Source: Macrostomum lignano
Taxonomy: Eukaryota
Direction of reading: 5' to 3'
DNA length: 64,000 nucleotides
Assembly (NCBI GenBank): GCA_002269645.1
Contig: NIVC01000687.1
Location: forward strand, 100,624 to 164,623
Part shown: positions 47,228 to 60,103 of the stretch, piece after piece
Layout of the letters: every line of letters starts with the position of its first letter
Position numbering within the stretch: position 1 is the first letter of the stretch
The notes under the pieces: model-generated
What the model saw: the letters and a program-made list of their open reading frames with translations, nothing else
Databases searched by the model: none
What the model was told of the DNA's origin: nothing
Position numbers and translations under genes: made by a program

Positions 47228-50200
47228 TCTTAATACTAAAAGTGATGCGTTGTTTGTTTGTCTGTATGTGTGTTGCAATTTTTCTCCTAAACTACTGGCA
47301 AGTCAGCGTTGAAACTTATATGGGTAAACTGCAAATTTTCCGGACTGGGTTTATAGCAATTTTAATCTTTCATTTTTACATTTTAAGATCCCTAAAAAAG
47401 CAGAAAACTGATTTCCTAACCTTCTTTGGCCCTTCTGTGGCCACTCTGCCTCTCCAGTGGATTCGTTGCAGTCTGTTTGTAAAAATAGCCACCCCAACCT
47501 CCGCCCGCGGGTCGCTGTGTTTTGGGGGGTGGGTGCGCGTGTTCCGCGTTCAATGCAAATACCCCCCCCCGCGTGTTGGGGGGTTCAATTAAATTTAATG
47601 ATTCCCCGGAACGGGGGGTAGGGCTTGGGCTGAGTGTACATAGCAGTTGTACAGTGTAAACAGATAGACTGTGTCGAGATTCAATAGGTTTTATTATTGG
47701 CGCCTTTTTTTCTCCATAGGCAGCCCTGTGTATTAGCTTGGCAGTGAAATTCTTGCGAGCTTATCTAGCAAGCAGTCGGGAAATCAGTAAATTTCAAACG
47801 CTAACTGTACCTCGAGTTTTAAACTTTGAGAGGAGAGACTTATATTGCTGGAAAGATCTTTTAATGCTGAGTTCAGGGATGTAAGTTGTTTGCTTTAAAT
47901 ATGGAAACAGAAAGCTTAGAATTACGAAAATGGTTTCCATGCTTTTAAGGTCCTGCAAAGATTGTACTTAGTTTTGCGAGACATAATAGACAAAGTTAGG
48001 GGGAGGGTTCAAATTCTTACTATCGCTGTGTATTGGAGGGTTGATTTAGATTGCGCTATCTTTTTGTTAACTTCAACTTCAACTGATAATGACTGACTGT
48101 GAAATCGGTTGCACAATCAATTGATGCAATTTATTCAATATTTTTATCGGTGCCTTTTAACTTGCAGCTGAGCGTAGTTCTAACCCTAACCCTAACCCTA
48201 ACCCTAACCAATGAATCCGGAGAGTTGAGTTGTTGGACGGAGAAAATTCGATTGAGTCCAGTTTAAACGGAGACGATTCCGATGTTTTCATTTTTACGGA
48301 GAGAATTTCTGTTTCGTGGAGAGGATTTCGATGATGTTCAGCTTCACGGAGAGGATTTCAGTTTCACGGAGAAAATTTCGATTGAGTCCAGTTTCGCGGA
48401 GAGGATCTTGATGGATTTGGAGAAAAGTTGGATGATGGGATTCGGGTCTTGGGATTCAGCTGATGGAGTTCAGGGAATGGAATTCCGGTAATGGGAGTTC
48501 TTCCCCTTTCTCCTCCAGAGGAGGAGTTGGCCTCGTTAATACTAAAAGTGATGCGTTGTTTGTTTGTCTGTATGTGTGTTGCAATTTTTCTCCTAAACTA
48601 CTGGCAAGTCAGCGTTGAAACTTATATGGGTAAACTGCAAATTTTCCGGACTGGGTTTATAGCAATTTTAATCTTTCATTTTTACATTTTAAGATCCCTA
48701 AAAAAGCAGAAAACTGATTTCTCAACCTTCTTTGGCCCTTCTGTGGCCACTCTGCCTCTCCAGTGGAGGGGTTGCAGTCTGTTTGTAAAAATAGTCACCC
48801 CAACCTCCGCCCGCGGGTCGCTGTGTTTTGGGGGGGGGGTGGGTGCGCGTGTTCTGCGTTAAATGCAAAACCCCCGCGTGTTGGGGGGTTCAATTAAATT
48901 TAACGATTCCCCCGGAATGGGGGGTTGGGCTTGGGCTGAGTGTACATAGCAGTTGTACAGTGTTAGGAGATAGCTAGGACTGTGTCGAGATTTAATTGGT
49001 TTTATTATCGGCGCCATTCAATAGGCAGCCATGTGTATTTGCTGGGCAGTGAAATTCAATGAATAAACTTGCGAGCCTCTTTAGCAGGCAGTGAACATAC
49101 ACTCGATACTTCAATGCTTTAAATCGGGAAATTTCAAACGCTAACTATTCCTTGAGTTTTAAACTTTCAGAGAGACTTATATTGCTGGAAAGATCTTGCA
49201 ATACTGAGTTCGGGGATTTAAGTTGTTTGCTTTAAATATGAAAACAAAAAAGCACAGCATTTAAAAAACAATTTCCATACTTTTAACTTTCTGCAGAGTG
49301 TACTCATTTTGGGTTCAAAGGGGGTTCGACCAACCCCCCAACAGTTGGAGGGGAGTTCAACTTTTAATTGCCACTGCGTATTGGAAGGGGGTCAGTCGCT
49401 GTGTATTGGAGGGTTGATTTAGTTTGCGCAATCTTTTTGTTAACTTTAACTGAGACTGATACTGACTGACTGTTAAATCGGTTGCGCAATGAATTGATTC
49501 AATTAGTTCAATTTTTTATCGACGCCTTTCAACACACTGCTGCGTGTAGCTCTAACCCTAACCCTAACCCTAACCCTAACCACTGAATCCTGAGAGTTGA
49601 TTCTTTTTGACGGAGAAAATTTCGATTCAGTCCAGTTTTATGGAGAGAATTTCTGTTTTGCGGAGACGATTTTAATGGATGTCAGCTTCACGGAGAGGTG
49701 TTTGATGGAGTTCTCTTTTACGGAGAGGATTTCGATGATGTTCAATTTCGCGGAGAGGAGTTGGATGATGGGTTTCATGGAATGGCATTTCAGGGAATGG
49801 AGTTCCGGTGATGGGAATTCTTCCCCTTTCTCCTCCAGAGGAGGAGTTGGCCTCGTCTAAATACTAAAGTTGGTGCGATGTTTGTCTGTCTGTATGTTGC
49901 AATTTTTCTCCTAGACTACTTGCAACTCAGCGTTGAAACTTATATGGGTAAACTGCAAATTTTCCGGGTTGGGTTTATAGCTATTTTAATCTTTCATTTT
50001 TATATTTTAAGATCCCTAAAAAAGCAGAAATAATAAAACAATAGGGAATATGATCCACCTTGCGCAACTCTTAGTGATTGCGCCACAACAGCTGGCCTAT
50101 CTGTGTAGTGTATTCTTTTAGCTGAAGGGGTGTAACTGGGCCAGTTGGCATCAATTTTTAGTGATTACGCCACAACTTTCTCCTATCTCGGCAGTGTATT

Positions 50201-53200
50201 TTCTCTCCAATGGGGGAATGGGGGCATTCTCAGTGGCTGCGTGTGTACAATCGGACCCTAGCTCACTGGCTGATTGTATAGACAATTGCGCAACGATATG
50301 TTTTCTGATTTTCAATAGGCAGCCCTGTGTATTTGTTGGACAGTAAAATTCAATGAATAAACTTGCGAGCCTCCCACTGCTGCAGGCAGTGAACGTACAC
50401 TTAATAGTTCAATTCCTTAAAACGGGAAATTTCAAAGCCAAACTGTTCCTTGAGTTTTAAACTTTAAGAGAAGAGACTTATATTGCTGGAAAGAGGTTGC
50501 AATGCTGAGTTAGGGGATATAAGTTTTTTGCTCTAAATGTGAAAATTAAAAGCACAGCATTCAAAAAGTGATTTCCATACTTTTAACTTTTTGCAAAGAT
50601 TGTACTCCATTTCGGGGGTTCAATGAGGGTTTGACAGACTCCCAACAGTGGGGGGGTTCAATTTCTAGCTGCACTGCGTATTCGAAGGGGTTCAGTCGCT
50701 GTGTATTGGAGGGTTGATTTAGATTGCGCAATTTTTTTGTTAACTTTAACCGAGGCTGATACTGACTGCCTGAGAAATAAGTTGCGCAATTTAATTGGTT
50801 CAATGTTTTAACGGCGCCTTTCAACATGCAGCTGTGTAGCTCTAACCCTAACCCTAACCATAACCAATGAATTCTGAGAGCTGGGTTCTGTTTGACAGAG
50901 AAATTTCGATTGAGTCCAGTTACACGGAGAGGATTTTCGCGGAGAGGATTTTGATGGTGTTCAGTTTCACGGAGACAATTTCTGTTTCGCGGAGAGTTCA
51001 GGAAATGGGATTCCGGTGATGGGAGTTCTTCCCCTTTCTCCTCCAGCGGAGGAGTTGGCCTCGTCTTAATACTAAAAGTGGTGCGTTGTTTGTTTGTCTG
51101 TATGTGTGTTGCAATTTTTCTCCTAGACTACTGACAAGTCAGCGTTGAAACTTATATGGGAAAACTGCAAATTTTCCGGATTGGGTTTATAGCTATTTTA
51201 ATCTTCCATTTTAATATTTTAAGATCCCTAAAAAAGCAGAAAACTGATTTCCTAACCTTCTTTGGCCCTTCTGTGGCCACTCTGCCTCTCCAGTGGAGGG
51301 GTTGCAGTCTGTTTGTAAAAATAGCCACCCCAACCTCCGCCCGCGGGTCGCTGTGTTTTGGGGGGGGGGGTGCGCGTGTTCCGCGTTCAATGCAAAACCC
51401 CCCCGCGTGTTGGGGGGTTCAATTAAATTTAACGATTCCCCGGAATGGGGGTTTGGGCTTGGGCTGAGTGTACGTAGCAGTTGTACAGTGTAAGCAGATA
51501 GATAGGACTGCCGAGATTCAATTGGTTTTATTATTGGCGCCTTTTTTCTCCATAGGCAGCCCTGTGCATTAGCTTGGCAGTGAAATTCTTGCGAGCTTAT
51601 CTAGCAAGCAGTCGGGAAATCAGTAAATTTCAAACGCTAACTGTACCTCGAGTTTTAAACTTTGAGAGGAGAGACTTATATTGCTGGAAAGATCTTTTAA
51701 TGCTGAGTTCAGGGATGTAAGTTGTTTGCTTTAAATATGGAAACAGAAAGCTTAGAATTACGAAAATGGTTTCCATACTTTTAAGGTCCTGCAAAGATTG
51801 TACTTAGTTTTGCGAGACATAATAGACAAAGTTAGGGGGAGGGTTCAAATTCTTACTATCGCTGTGTATTGGAGGGTTGATTTAGATTGCGCTATCTTTT
51901 TGTTAACTTCAACTTCAACTGATACTGACTGACTGTGAAATCGGTTGCACAATCAATTGATGCAATTTATTCAATATTTTTATCGGTGCCTTTTAACTTG
52001 CAGCTGAGCGTAGTTCTAACCCTAACCCTAGCCCTAACCCTAACCCTAACCCTAACCCTAACCCTAACCAATGAATCTGGAGAGTTGAGTTGTTGGACGG
52101 AGAAAATTCGATGGAGTCCAGTTTAAACGGAGACGATTCCGATGTTTTCATTTTTACGGAGAGGATTTCTGTTTCGTGGAGAGGATTTCGATGATGTTCA
52201 GCTTCACGGAGAGGATTTTGATGATGTTCAGCTTCACGGAGAGGATTTTAGTTTCACGAAGAAAATTTCGATTGAGTCCAGTTTCTGGAGAAACTTTAGA
52301 TTTGGAGAAAAGTTGGATGATGGGATTCGGGTCTTGGGATTCAGCTGATGGAGTTCAGGGAATGGATTCCGGTGATGGGAGTTCTTCCCCTTTCTCCTCC
52401 AGAGGAGGAGTTGGCCTCGTCTAAATACTAAAGTTGGTGCGATGTTTGTCTGTCTGTATGTTGCAATTTTTCTCCTAGACTACTTGCAACTCAGCGTTGA
52501 AACTTATATGGGTAAACTGCAAATTTTCCGGGTTGGGTTTATAGCTATTTTAATCTTTCATTTTTATATTTTAAGATCCCTAAAAAAGCAGAAATAATAA
52601 AACAATAGGGAATATGATCCACCTTGCGCAACTCTTAGTGATTGCGCCACAACAGCTGGCCTATCTGTGTAGTGTATTCTTTTAGCTGAAGGGGTGTAAC
52701 TGGGCCAGTTGGCATCAATTTTTAGTGATTACGCCACAACTTTCTCCTATCTCGGCAGTGTATTTTCTCTCCAATGGGGGAATGGGGGCATTCTCAGTGG
52801 CTGCGTGTGTACAATCGGACCCTAGCTCACTGGCTGATTGTATAGACAATTGCGCAACGATATGTTTTCTGATTTTCAATAGGCAGCCCTGTGTATTTGT
52901 TGGACAGTAAAATTCAATGAATAAACTTGCGAGCCTCCCACTGCTGCAGGCAGTGAACGTACACTTAATAGTTCAATTCCTTAAAACGGGAAATTTCAAA
53001 GCCAAACTGTTCCTTGAGTTTTAAACTTTAAGAGAAGAGACTTATATTGCTGGAAAGAGGTTGCAATGCTGAGTTAGGGGATATAAGTTTTTTGCTCTAA
53101 ATGTGAAAATTAAAAGCACAGCATTCAAAAAGTGATTTCCATACTTTTACCTTTTTGCAAAGATTGTACTCCATTTCGGGGGTTCAATGAGGGTTTGACA

Positions 53201-54982
53201 GACTCCCAACAGTGGGGGGTTCAATTTCTAGCTGCACTGCGTATTCGAAGGGGTTCAGTCGCTGTGTATTGGAGGGTTGATTTAGATTGCGCAATTTTTT
53301 TGTTAACTTTTACCGAGGCTGATACTGACTGCCTGAGAAATAAGTTGCGCAATTTAATTGGTTCAATGTTTTAACGGCGCCTTTCAACATGCAGCTGTGT
53401 AGCTCTAACCCTAACCCTAACCATAACCAATGAATTCTGAGAGCTGGGTTCTGTTTGACAGAGAAATTTCGATTGAGTCCAGTTACACGGAGAGGATTTT
53501 CGCGGAGAGGATTTTGATGGTGTTCAGTTTCACGGAGACAATTTCTGTTTCGCGGAGAGTTCAGGAAATGGGATTCCGGTGATGGGAGTTCTTCCCCTTT
53601 CTCCTCCAGCGGAGGAGTTGGCCTCGTCTTAATACTAAAAGTGGTGCGTTGTTTGTTTGTCTGTATGTGTGTTGCAATTTTTCTCCTAGACTACTGACAA
53701 GTCAGCGTTGAAACTTATATGGGAAAACTGCAAATTTTCCGGATTGGGTTTATAGCTATTTTAATCTTTCATTTTAATATTTTAAGATCCCTAAAAAAGC
53801 AGAAAACTGATTTCCTAACCTTCTTTGGCCCTTCTGTGGCCACTCTGCCTCTCCAGTGGAGGGGTTGCAGTCTGTTTGTAAAAATAGCCACCCCAACCTC
53901 CGCCCGCGGGTCGCTGTGTTTTGGGGGGGGGGGTGCGCGTGTTCCGCGTTCAATGCAAAACCCCCCCGCGTGTTGGGGGGTTCAATTAAATTTAACGATT
54001 CCCCGGAATGGGGGTTTGGGCTTGGGCTGAGTGTACGTAGCAGTTGTACAGTGTAAGCAGATAGATAGGACTGCCGAGATTCAATTGGTTTTATTATTGG
54101 CGCCTTTTTTCTCCATAGGCAGCCCTGTGCATTAGCTTGGCAGTGAAATTCTTGCGAGCTTATCTAGCAAGCAGTCGGGAAATCAGTAAATTTCAAACGC
54201 TAACTGTACCTCGAGTTTTAAACTTTGAGAGGAGAGACTTATATTGCTGGAAAGATCTTTTAATGCTGAGTTCAGGGATGTAAGTTGTTTGCTTTAAATA
54301 TGGAAACAGAAAGCTTAGAATTACGAAAATGGTTTCCATACTTTTAAGGTCCTGCAAAGATTGTACTTAGTTTTGCGAGACATAATAGACAAAGTTAGGG
54401 GGAGGGTTCAAATTCTTACTATCGCTGTGTATTGGAGGGTTGATTTAGATTGCGCTATCTTTTTGTTAACTTCAACTTCAACTGATACTGACTGACTGTG
54501 AAATCGGTTGCACAATCAATTGATGCAATTTATTCAATATTTTTATCGGTGCCTTTTAACTTGCAGCTGAGCGTAGTTCTAACCCTAACCCTAGCCCTAA
54601 CCCTAACCCTAACCCTAACCCTAACCCTAACCAATGAATCTGGAGAGTTGAGTTGTTGGACGGAGAAAATTCGATGGAGTCCAGTTTAAACGGAGACGAT
54701 TCCGATGTTTTCATTTTTACGGAGAGGATTTCTGTTTCGTGGAGAGGATTTCGATGATGTTCAGCTTCACGGAGAGGATTTTGATGATGTTCAGCTTCAC
54801 GGAGAGGATTTTAGTTTCACGAAGAAAATTTCGATTGAGTCCAGTTTCTGGAGAAACTTTAGATTTGGAGAAAAGTTGGATGATGGGATTCGGGTCTTGG
54901 GATTCAGCTGATGGAGTTCAGGGAATGGATTCCGGTGATGGGAGTTCTTCCCCTTTCTCCTCCAGAGGAGGAGTTGGCCTCG
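47228..54982 (+). mobile_element. Tandem array of 6 non-autonomous Helitron units (1.2-1.36 kb)
   Basis: Unit ends (CTCG) at 48535, 49855, 51063, 52419, 53626 and 54982. The last four form a near-identical dimer repeat of ~2563 bp. Confidence 0.9.
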
Positions 54983-55520
54983 TCCATATACTAAAAATGG
55001 TCTGTCGGTATATGTGTGTGTGATCGATTTTAGCAAAAATGGCTCAACCGATTTTGTTCAAACTTGCACCATTCGATCAGAAATTTTTCCGTGACGGTAC
55101 ATGCATCGTGGCTAAGAAATTGCTCGATGCTAAAGGGATTAAATATTCGAAAAACATGCTTTTTTGCAAAGGTCAAGCAGCTATTTCGACTTGAAACGCA
55201 CTGTAAAAATGCTAGAGAAAAAACTGACTGGTTGAATTCTGATTCTGAAATACACTGTAGATTGCATCACAATACACTTTATTTATCGTCTGTGTACTGG
55301 CTGAATTTGACACTCAATTGAATTGCGTCACAGCTTTGAGTGTGAAAGTATAGTGCAGTACTGAATTTATATTACGTAACCATATTGTTAGCTTTCATAG
55401 ACACTGGTACTGACTTGCCTAAGAAATTGATTATGTCATAACTGCTTCGCGTGACTTTTTACTCTACCTGACTTGGTGTGAGTGTTGAATTATATAAGTG
55501 GTACAAATTTACTGATAACT
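54983..55520 (+). mobile_element. Second non-autonomous Helitron-like family; related copy at ~63225-63680
   Basis: Starts TCCATATACTAAAAATGGTCTGTC...GTGTGTGTG...CCGATTTTGTTCAAACTTGCAC. Segments 55045-55500 and 63228-63660 are clearly homologous, and 55410-55470 resembles 47060-47120 of the autonomous element. Confidence 0.6.
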
Positions 55521-55526
55521 TCGATG

Positions 55527-55590
55527 AGAGCTAGCCTAGAGCTGAGCAGACCAGACTGCTAATGCAGCGACCTGGGTTCGAATCTAAGTA
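55527..55590 (+). other. tRNA-derived head (pseudo-tRNA/SINE head); related copies at 57101-57165 and 63681-63750
   Basis: A-box-like TAGCCTAGAG, anticodon-loop-like ACTGCTAA and B box GGGTTCGAATC. No complete cloverleaf can be folded. Confidence 0.5.
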
Positions 55591-55661
55591 GTTTAAAAGT
55601 AGTAGTGTAAAATTTTTTATTAAAAGCTTTTATTAAAGGACTAAATAAAAACACTTAGATT

Positions 55662-56800
55662 ACTGCACTCGATAAGCTAAGGATTATTGCTATTAATAAA
55701 CCAAGGATTACTGCACTCAATAAACCAAGGACTATTGCTCTTGGCAAACCAAGGATTACTGCACTTGATTAATCAAGGATTATTGCTATTAATAAACCAA
55801 GGATTACTGCACTCGATAAGCCAAGGATTATTGCTATTAATAAACCAAGGATTACTGCACTCAATAAACCAAGGACTATTGCTCTTGGCAAACCAAGGAT
55901 TACTGCACTTGATTAATCAAGGATTATTGCTATTAATAAACCAAGGATTACTGCACTCGATAAGCCAAGGATTATTGCTATTAATAAACCAAGGATTACT
56001 GCACTCAATAAACCAAGGACTATTGCTATTAATAAACCAAGGATTACTGCACTCAATAAACCAAGGACTATTGCTCTTGGCAAACCAAGGATTACTGCAC
56101 TCGATAAGCCAAGGACTATTGCTCTTGGCAAACCAAGGATTACTGCACTCGATAAGCCATGGATTATTGCTATTAATAAACCAAGGATTACTGCACTCGA
56201 TAAGCCAAGGATTATTGCTATTAATAAACCAAGGATTACTGCACTCGATAAACCAAGGATTATTGCTATTAATAAACCAAGGATTATGCACTTGGCAAAC
56301 CAAGGATTACTGCACTCGATAAGCCAAGGATTATTGCTATTAATAAACCAAGGATTACTGCACTCAATAAACCAAGGACTATTGCTCTTGGCAAACCAAG
56401 GATTACTGCACTCGATAAGCCAAGGACTATTGCTCTTGGCAAACCAAGGATTACTGCACTCGATAAGCCAAGGATTATTGCTATTAATAAACCAAGGATT
56501 ACTGCACTCGATAAGCCAAGGATTATTGCTATTAATAAACCAAGGATTACTGCACTCGATAAGCCAAGGATTATTGCTATTAATAAACCAAGGATTACTG
56601 CACTCGATAAGCCAAGGATTATTGCTATTAATAAACCAAGGATTACTGCACTCATAAGCCATGGATTATTGCTATTAATAAACCAAGGATTACTTACTGC
56701 ACTTGGCAAACCAAGAATTACTGCACTCGATAAGCCATGGATTATTGCTATTAATAAACCAAGGATTACTGCACTCGATAGCCAAGGATTACTGCGCTTG
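55662..56800. repeat. 24 bp minisatellite with alternating variants (CCAAGGATTACTGCACTCGATAAG / CCAAGGATTATTGCTATTAATAAA / CCAAGGACTATTGCTCTTGGCAAA)
   Basis: About 45 units in A-B / A-C alternation, giving a 48 bp higher-order period. Confidence 0.95.
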
Positions 56801-56849
56801 ATAAGCTTGGCTACATGTATAGGATTATTTCTATCCAGGGATGCTTGCT

Positions 56850-57060
56850 ATTTAGGGATTCTTGCTATGTGCAGGATGCTTGCTATCTGGAAGGATGCTT
56901 CTACATTATTTGGGGTATGCTTGCTATCTGCAAGATGCTTGCTATCTGCAAGATGCTTGCTATCTGCAGATGCTTGCTATCTGCAGATGCTTGCTATCTG
57001 GGTGGATGCTTGCTAGGAGTATTAGGGGATGCTTGCTACTGGGGGGATGCTTGCTGTCTT
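56850..57060. repeat. 17-18 bp minisatellite (GATGCTTGCTATCTGCA)
   Basis: Tandem copies visible at 56927-57000, with degenerate flanks. Confidence 0.8.
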
Positions 57061-57216
57061 GGGAATATTTTCTATTTAGGGGTAATGACTAAAATTCATG
57101 AGAGCTAGCCTAGAGGTAAACAGACTAAACTGCTAAATGCAGCGACGATAGTTCGAATTTTTAGAGAGTAGAGTTTTTTTAATTAAAGCTTTTTAACGCT
57201 AAGACAAAAAAAATTA

Positions 57217-58500
57217 TGGAAGCGTCATGTAAACAATCATACAAGCGTCATGTAAACAATCATAGAAGCGTCATGTAAAAATCATAGAAGCGTCATGTAA
57301 ACAATCATAGAAGCGTCATGTTAAAATCATAAAAGCGTCATGTAAACAATCATACAAGCGTCATGTAAACAATCATAGAAGCGTCATGTAAAAAAATCAT
57401 AGAAGCGTCATGTTAAAATCATAAAAGCGTCATAAAAAAATCATAGAAGCGTCATGCAAACAATCATAGAAGCGTCATGTTAAAATCATACAAGCGTCAT
57501 GTAAACAATCATACAAGCGTCATGTAAACAATCATAGAAGCGTCATGTAAAAAATCATAGAAGCGTCATGTTAAAATCATAAAAGCGTCATAAAAAATCA
57601 TAGAAGCGTCATGTAAACAATCATACAAGCGTCATGTAAACAATCATAGAAGCGTCATGTAAAAATCATAGAAGCGTCATGTAAACAATCATAAAAGCGT
57701 CATGTAAACAATCATAGAAGCGTCATGTAAACAATCATAGAAGCGTCATGTAAACAATCATAGAAGCGTCATGTAAACAATCATAGAAGCGTCATGTAAA
57801 CAATCATAGAAGCGTCATGTAAAAATCATAGAAGCGTCATGAAAAAATCATAGAAGCGTCATGTAAAAATCATAGAAGCGTCATGTAAAAATCATAGAAG
57901 CGTCATGTAAACAATCATAGAAGCGTCATGTTAAAATCATAGAAGCGTCATGTAAACAATCATACAAGCGTCATGTAAACAATCATAGAAGCGTCATGTA
58001 AAAAATCATAGAAGCGTCATGTTAAAATCATACAAGCGTCATGTAAACAATCATAGAAGCGTCATGTAAAAAATCATAGAAGCGTCATGTAAAAATCATA
58101 GAAGCGTCATGTAAACAATCATAAAAGCGTCATGTAAAAATCATAGAAGCGTCATGAAAAAATCATAGAAGCGTCATGTAAAAATCTTAGTAGCGTCATG
58201 TAAAAATCATAGAAGCGTCATGTAAAAAAATCATAGAAGCGTCATGTAAACAATCATACAAGCGTCATGTAAACAATCATAGAAGCGTCATGTAAACAAT
58301 CATAAAAGCGTCATGTAAACAATCATAAAAGCGTCATGTAAACAAGCATAGAAGCGTCATGTTAACATAGAAGCGTCATGAAAAAATCATAGAAGCCTCA
58401 TATAAAAACTAATGAAAGTGTGTCATTTAAAAAATTAAGAAGCATCATGGAAGAATAAAAGAAGCGTAACGTAAAAATCAAAAGAAGCGTCATGTCAGAC
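57217..58500. repeat. 22-23 bp minisatellite (ATCATAGAAGCGTCATGTAAACA); same family resumes at 63810-64000
   Basis: More than 50 tandem units. Confidence 0.95.
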
Positions 58501-59342
58501 ATGAAACAAGTGTCATAAAAATTAAATGAAGCTATAGTGCTGTGCTGGGGAGAATCACTGAGACGTCAAGGCTCACAGAGAATAACTGAGATTACAGGGG
58601 GGTTTCTGAGATGTTAAAGCAAAAGTCAGAAGCTACTTCAAAGTACATGTACTTTACTTAAGTTTTTTATTGCATTCTTTGTTGGCTTGCCACGGTGGGG
58701 GGGGCGCTGATAGAAGAAGAGTCATGTAAAAATAAAAGGAGCACTATGTATACATAAAATAAAAGTCATGTCAAAGTTAAAAGATTCATTTGGGAATTGC
58801 TACGATGTCAAAGCTTGGAGGGAATCGTTATAGTGCTGTGATTCTTAAAGAAGGAATCACTTAAATGCCAAGGCTTAGGGAAGAAGAATTGCTGTGATTT
58901 CAAGGCTTTAGGTTGGGTAAAAGTTAGGTTTACGTCAGGTTTGGGTTGAGGGTTAGATTTTAGCGCGTTTCAAGGTTAACAGGGGATTTTTTAGATTTCA
59001 AGGTTTATGGGGGCATCGCTGACATGTCAAGGCTTACGAGGGGAATCTATCTATCTATCTATCTATAGCTGAGATGTCAAGGCTCACGGGGGAATAAATG
59101 AGATGTCAAGGCTAATGTCAGAAGGTACATGTAGTTTATTGGAAAAAAGTTATTACATTATTTGTTGGCTCCTCACGGGAGGGATCGCTGATAGAAAAAG
59201 CGTAATGTAAAAAAAAGAAGCTTCATGTCGAAGTTAAGAGATTCATTTGGGAATCCCTACGATGTCGAGGCTTGCAGGGAATCGCTTTAATGCTGTAGTA
59301 GTGCTATAGACTCTTAGAGAGAATTACTGAAATTTCAATGCT

Positions 59343-59400
59343 TTAGGGTTAGGGTTAGGGTTAGGGTTAGGGTTAGGGTTAGGGTTAGGGTTAGGGTTAG
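59343..59400 (+). repeat. Interstitial telomeric repeat (TTAGGG)9
   Basis: Nine perfect hexamers plus TTAG. Confidence 0.95.
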
Positions 59401-60031
59401 AAAGTAGACAGATTTTTTAAGATTTCAAGGCTTATGGGAGCATCGCTGAGATGTCAAGGGGGGAGTTGATATGTTAAGGCTTGTGGGGGGATTGCTGACA
59501 TGTCAAGGCTTACACGGGTACTGGTAGCGTACTGAAGCATACTGGTAGAAGTAGCTCTGAAAGAAGGCAAGTATGGTTGAATTTCAATGTCTGTTATAAA
59601 ATTCTGCACAAACATGTTTTATTGGTACATAAGCCTGGAATTAAAATGAGAATTCGATTCCTAGCCCCCCTCCCTAAGAATTTTTTTTCATTTTAAAGGA
59701 TTCGTCCCTTGCTTATTGGCCACCCCGAAGGGGGGCGCAAGGTCAAAATCTCGACTGACTGAATTGAAACTCCAATTGAGATTGCGCCATAACTTTTTTC
59801 TCTAAGTTTCAATACTGGCTACAGTGTGCAAGGGAGAGAAAAAATGCTCAGTGGCTGTGTGTACATTCCTCTGACCCTAGCTGAATGGCGGACTGCATAG
59901 ACAATTGCTATTTATAGATTTCACTCAACTGTGCATTGGCTCTGCCTGCGCACTGAGCAGCCCATCACTGCTATGCATTTGACAGCAGTGTCGAAGCTTA
60001 TATGGCTGATTTTCTCGCCTTTCCATCAATA

Positions 60032-60103
60032 GGCGGAGTAGCCGCATGTAGGCACTAGGTTTAGGCTAGGCGTAAGGTCCCAGGTTCGAGTCCACCTCAC
60101 TGC
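60032..60103 (+). other. tRNA-like fragment
   Basis: B box GGTTCGAGTCC at 60083-60093 with a weak upstream A box. The acceptor stem is not convincing. Confidence 0.35.

Noticed and set aside
55527-55590. Functional tRNA-Ser(GCT) gene
   Set aside because: There is no acceptor stem or long variable arm, and the paralogous copies have a broken B box.
57217-58500. CRISPR-like regular repeats
   Set aside because: The units abut directly with no unique spacers, there are no cas genes, and the context is eukaryotic.
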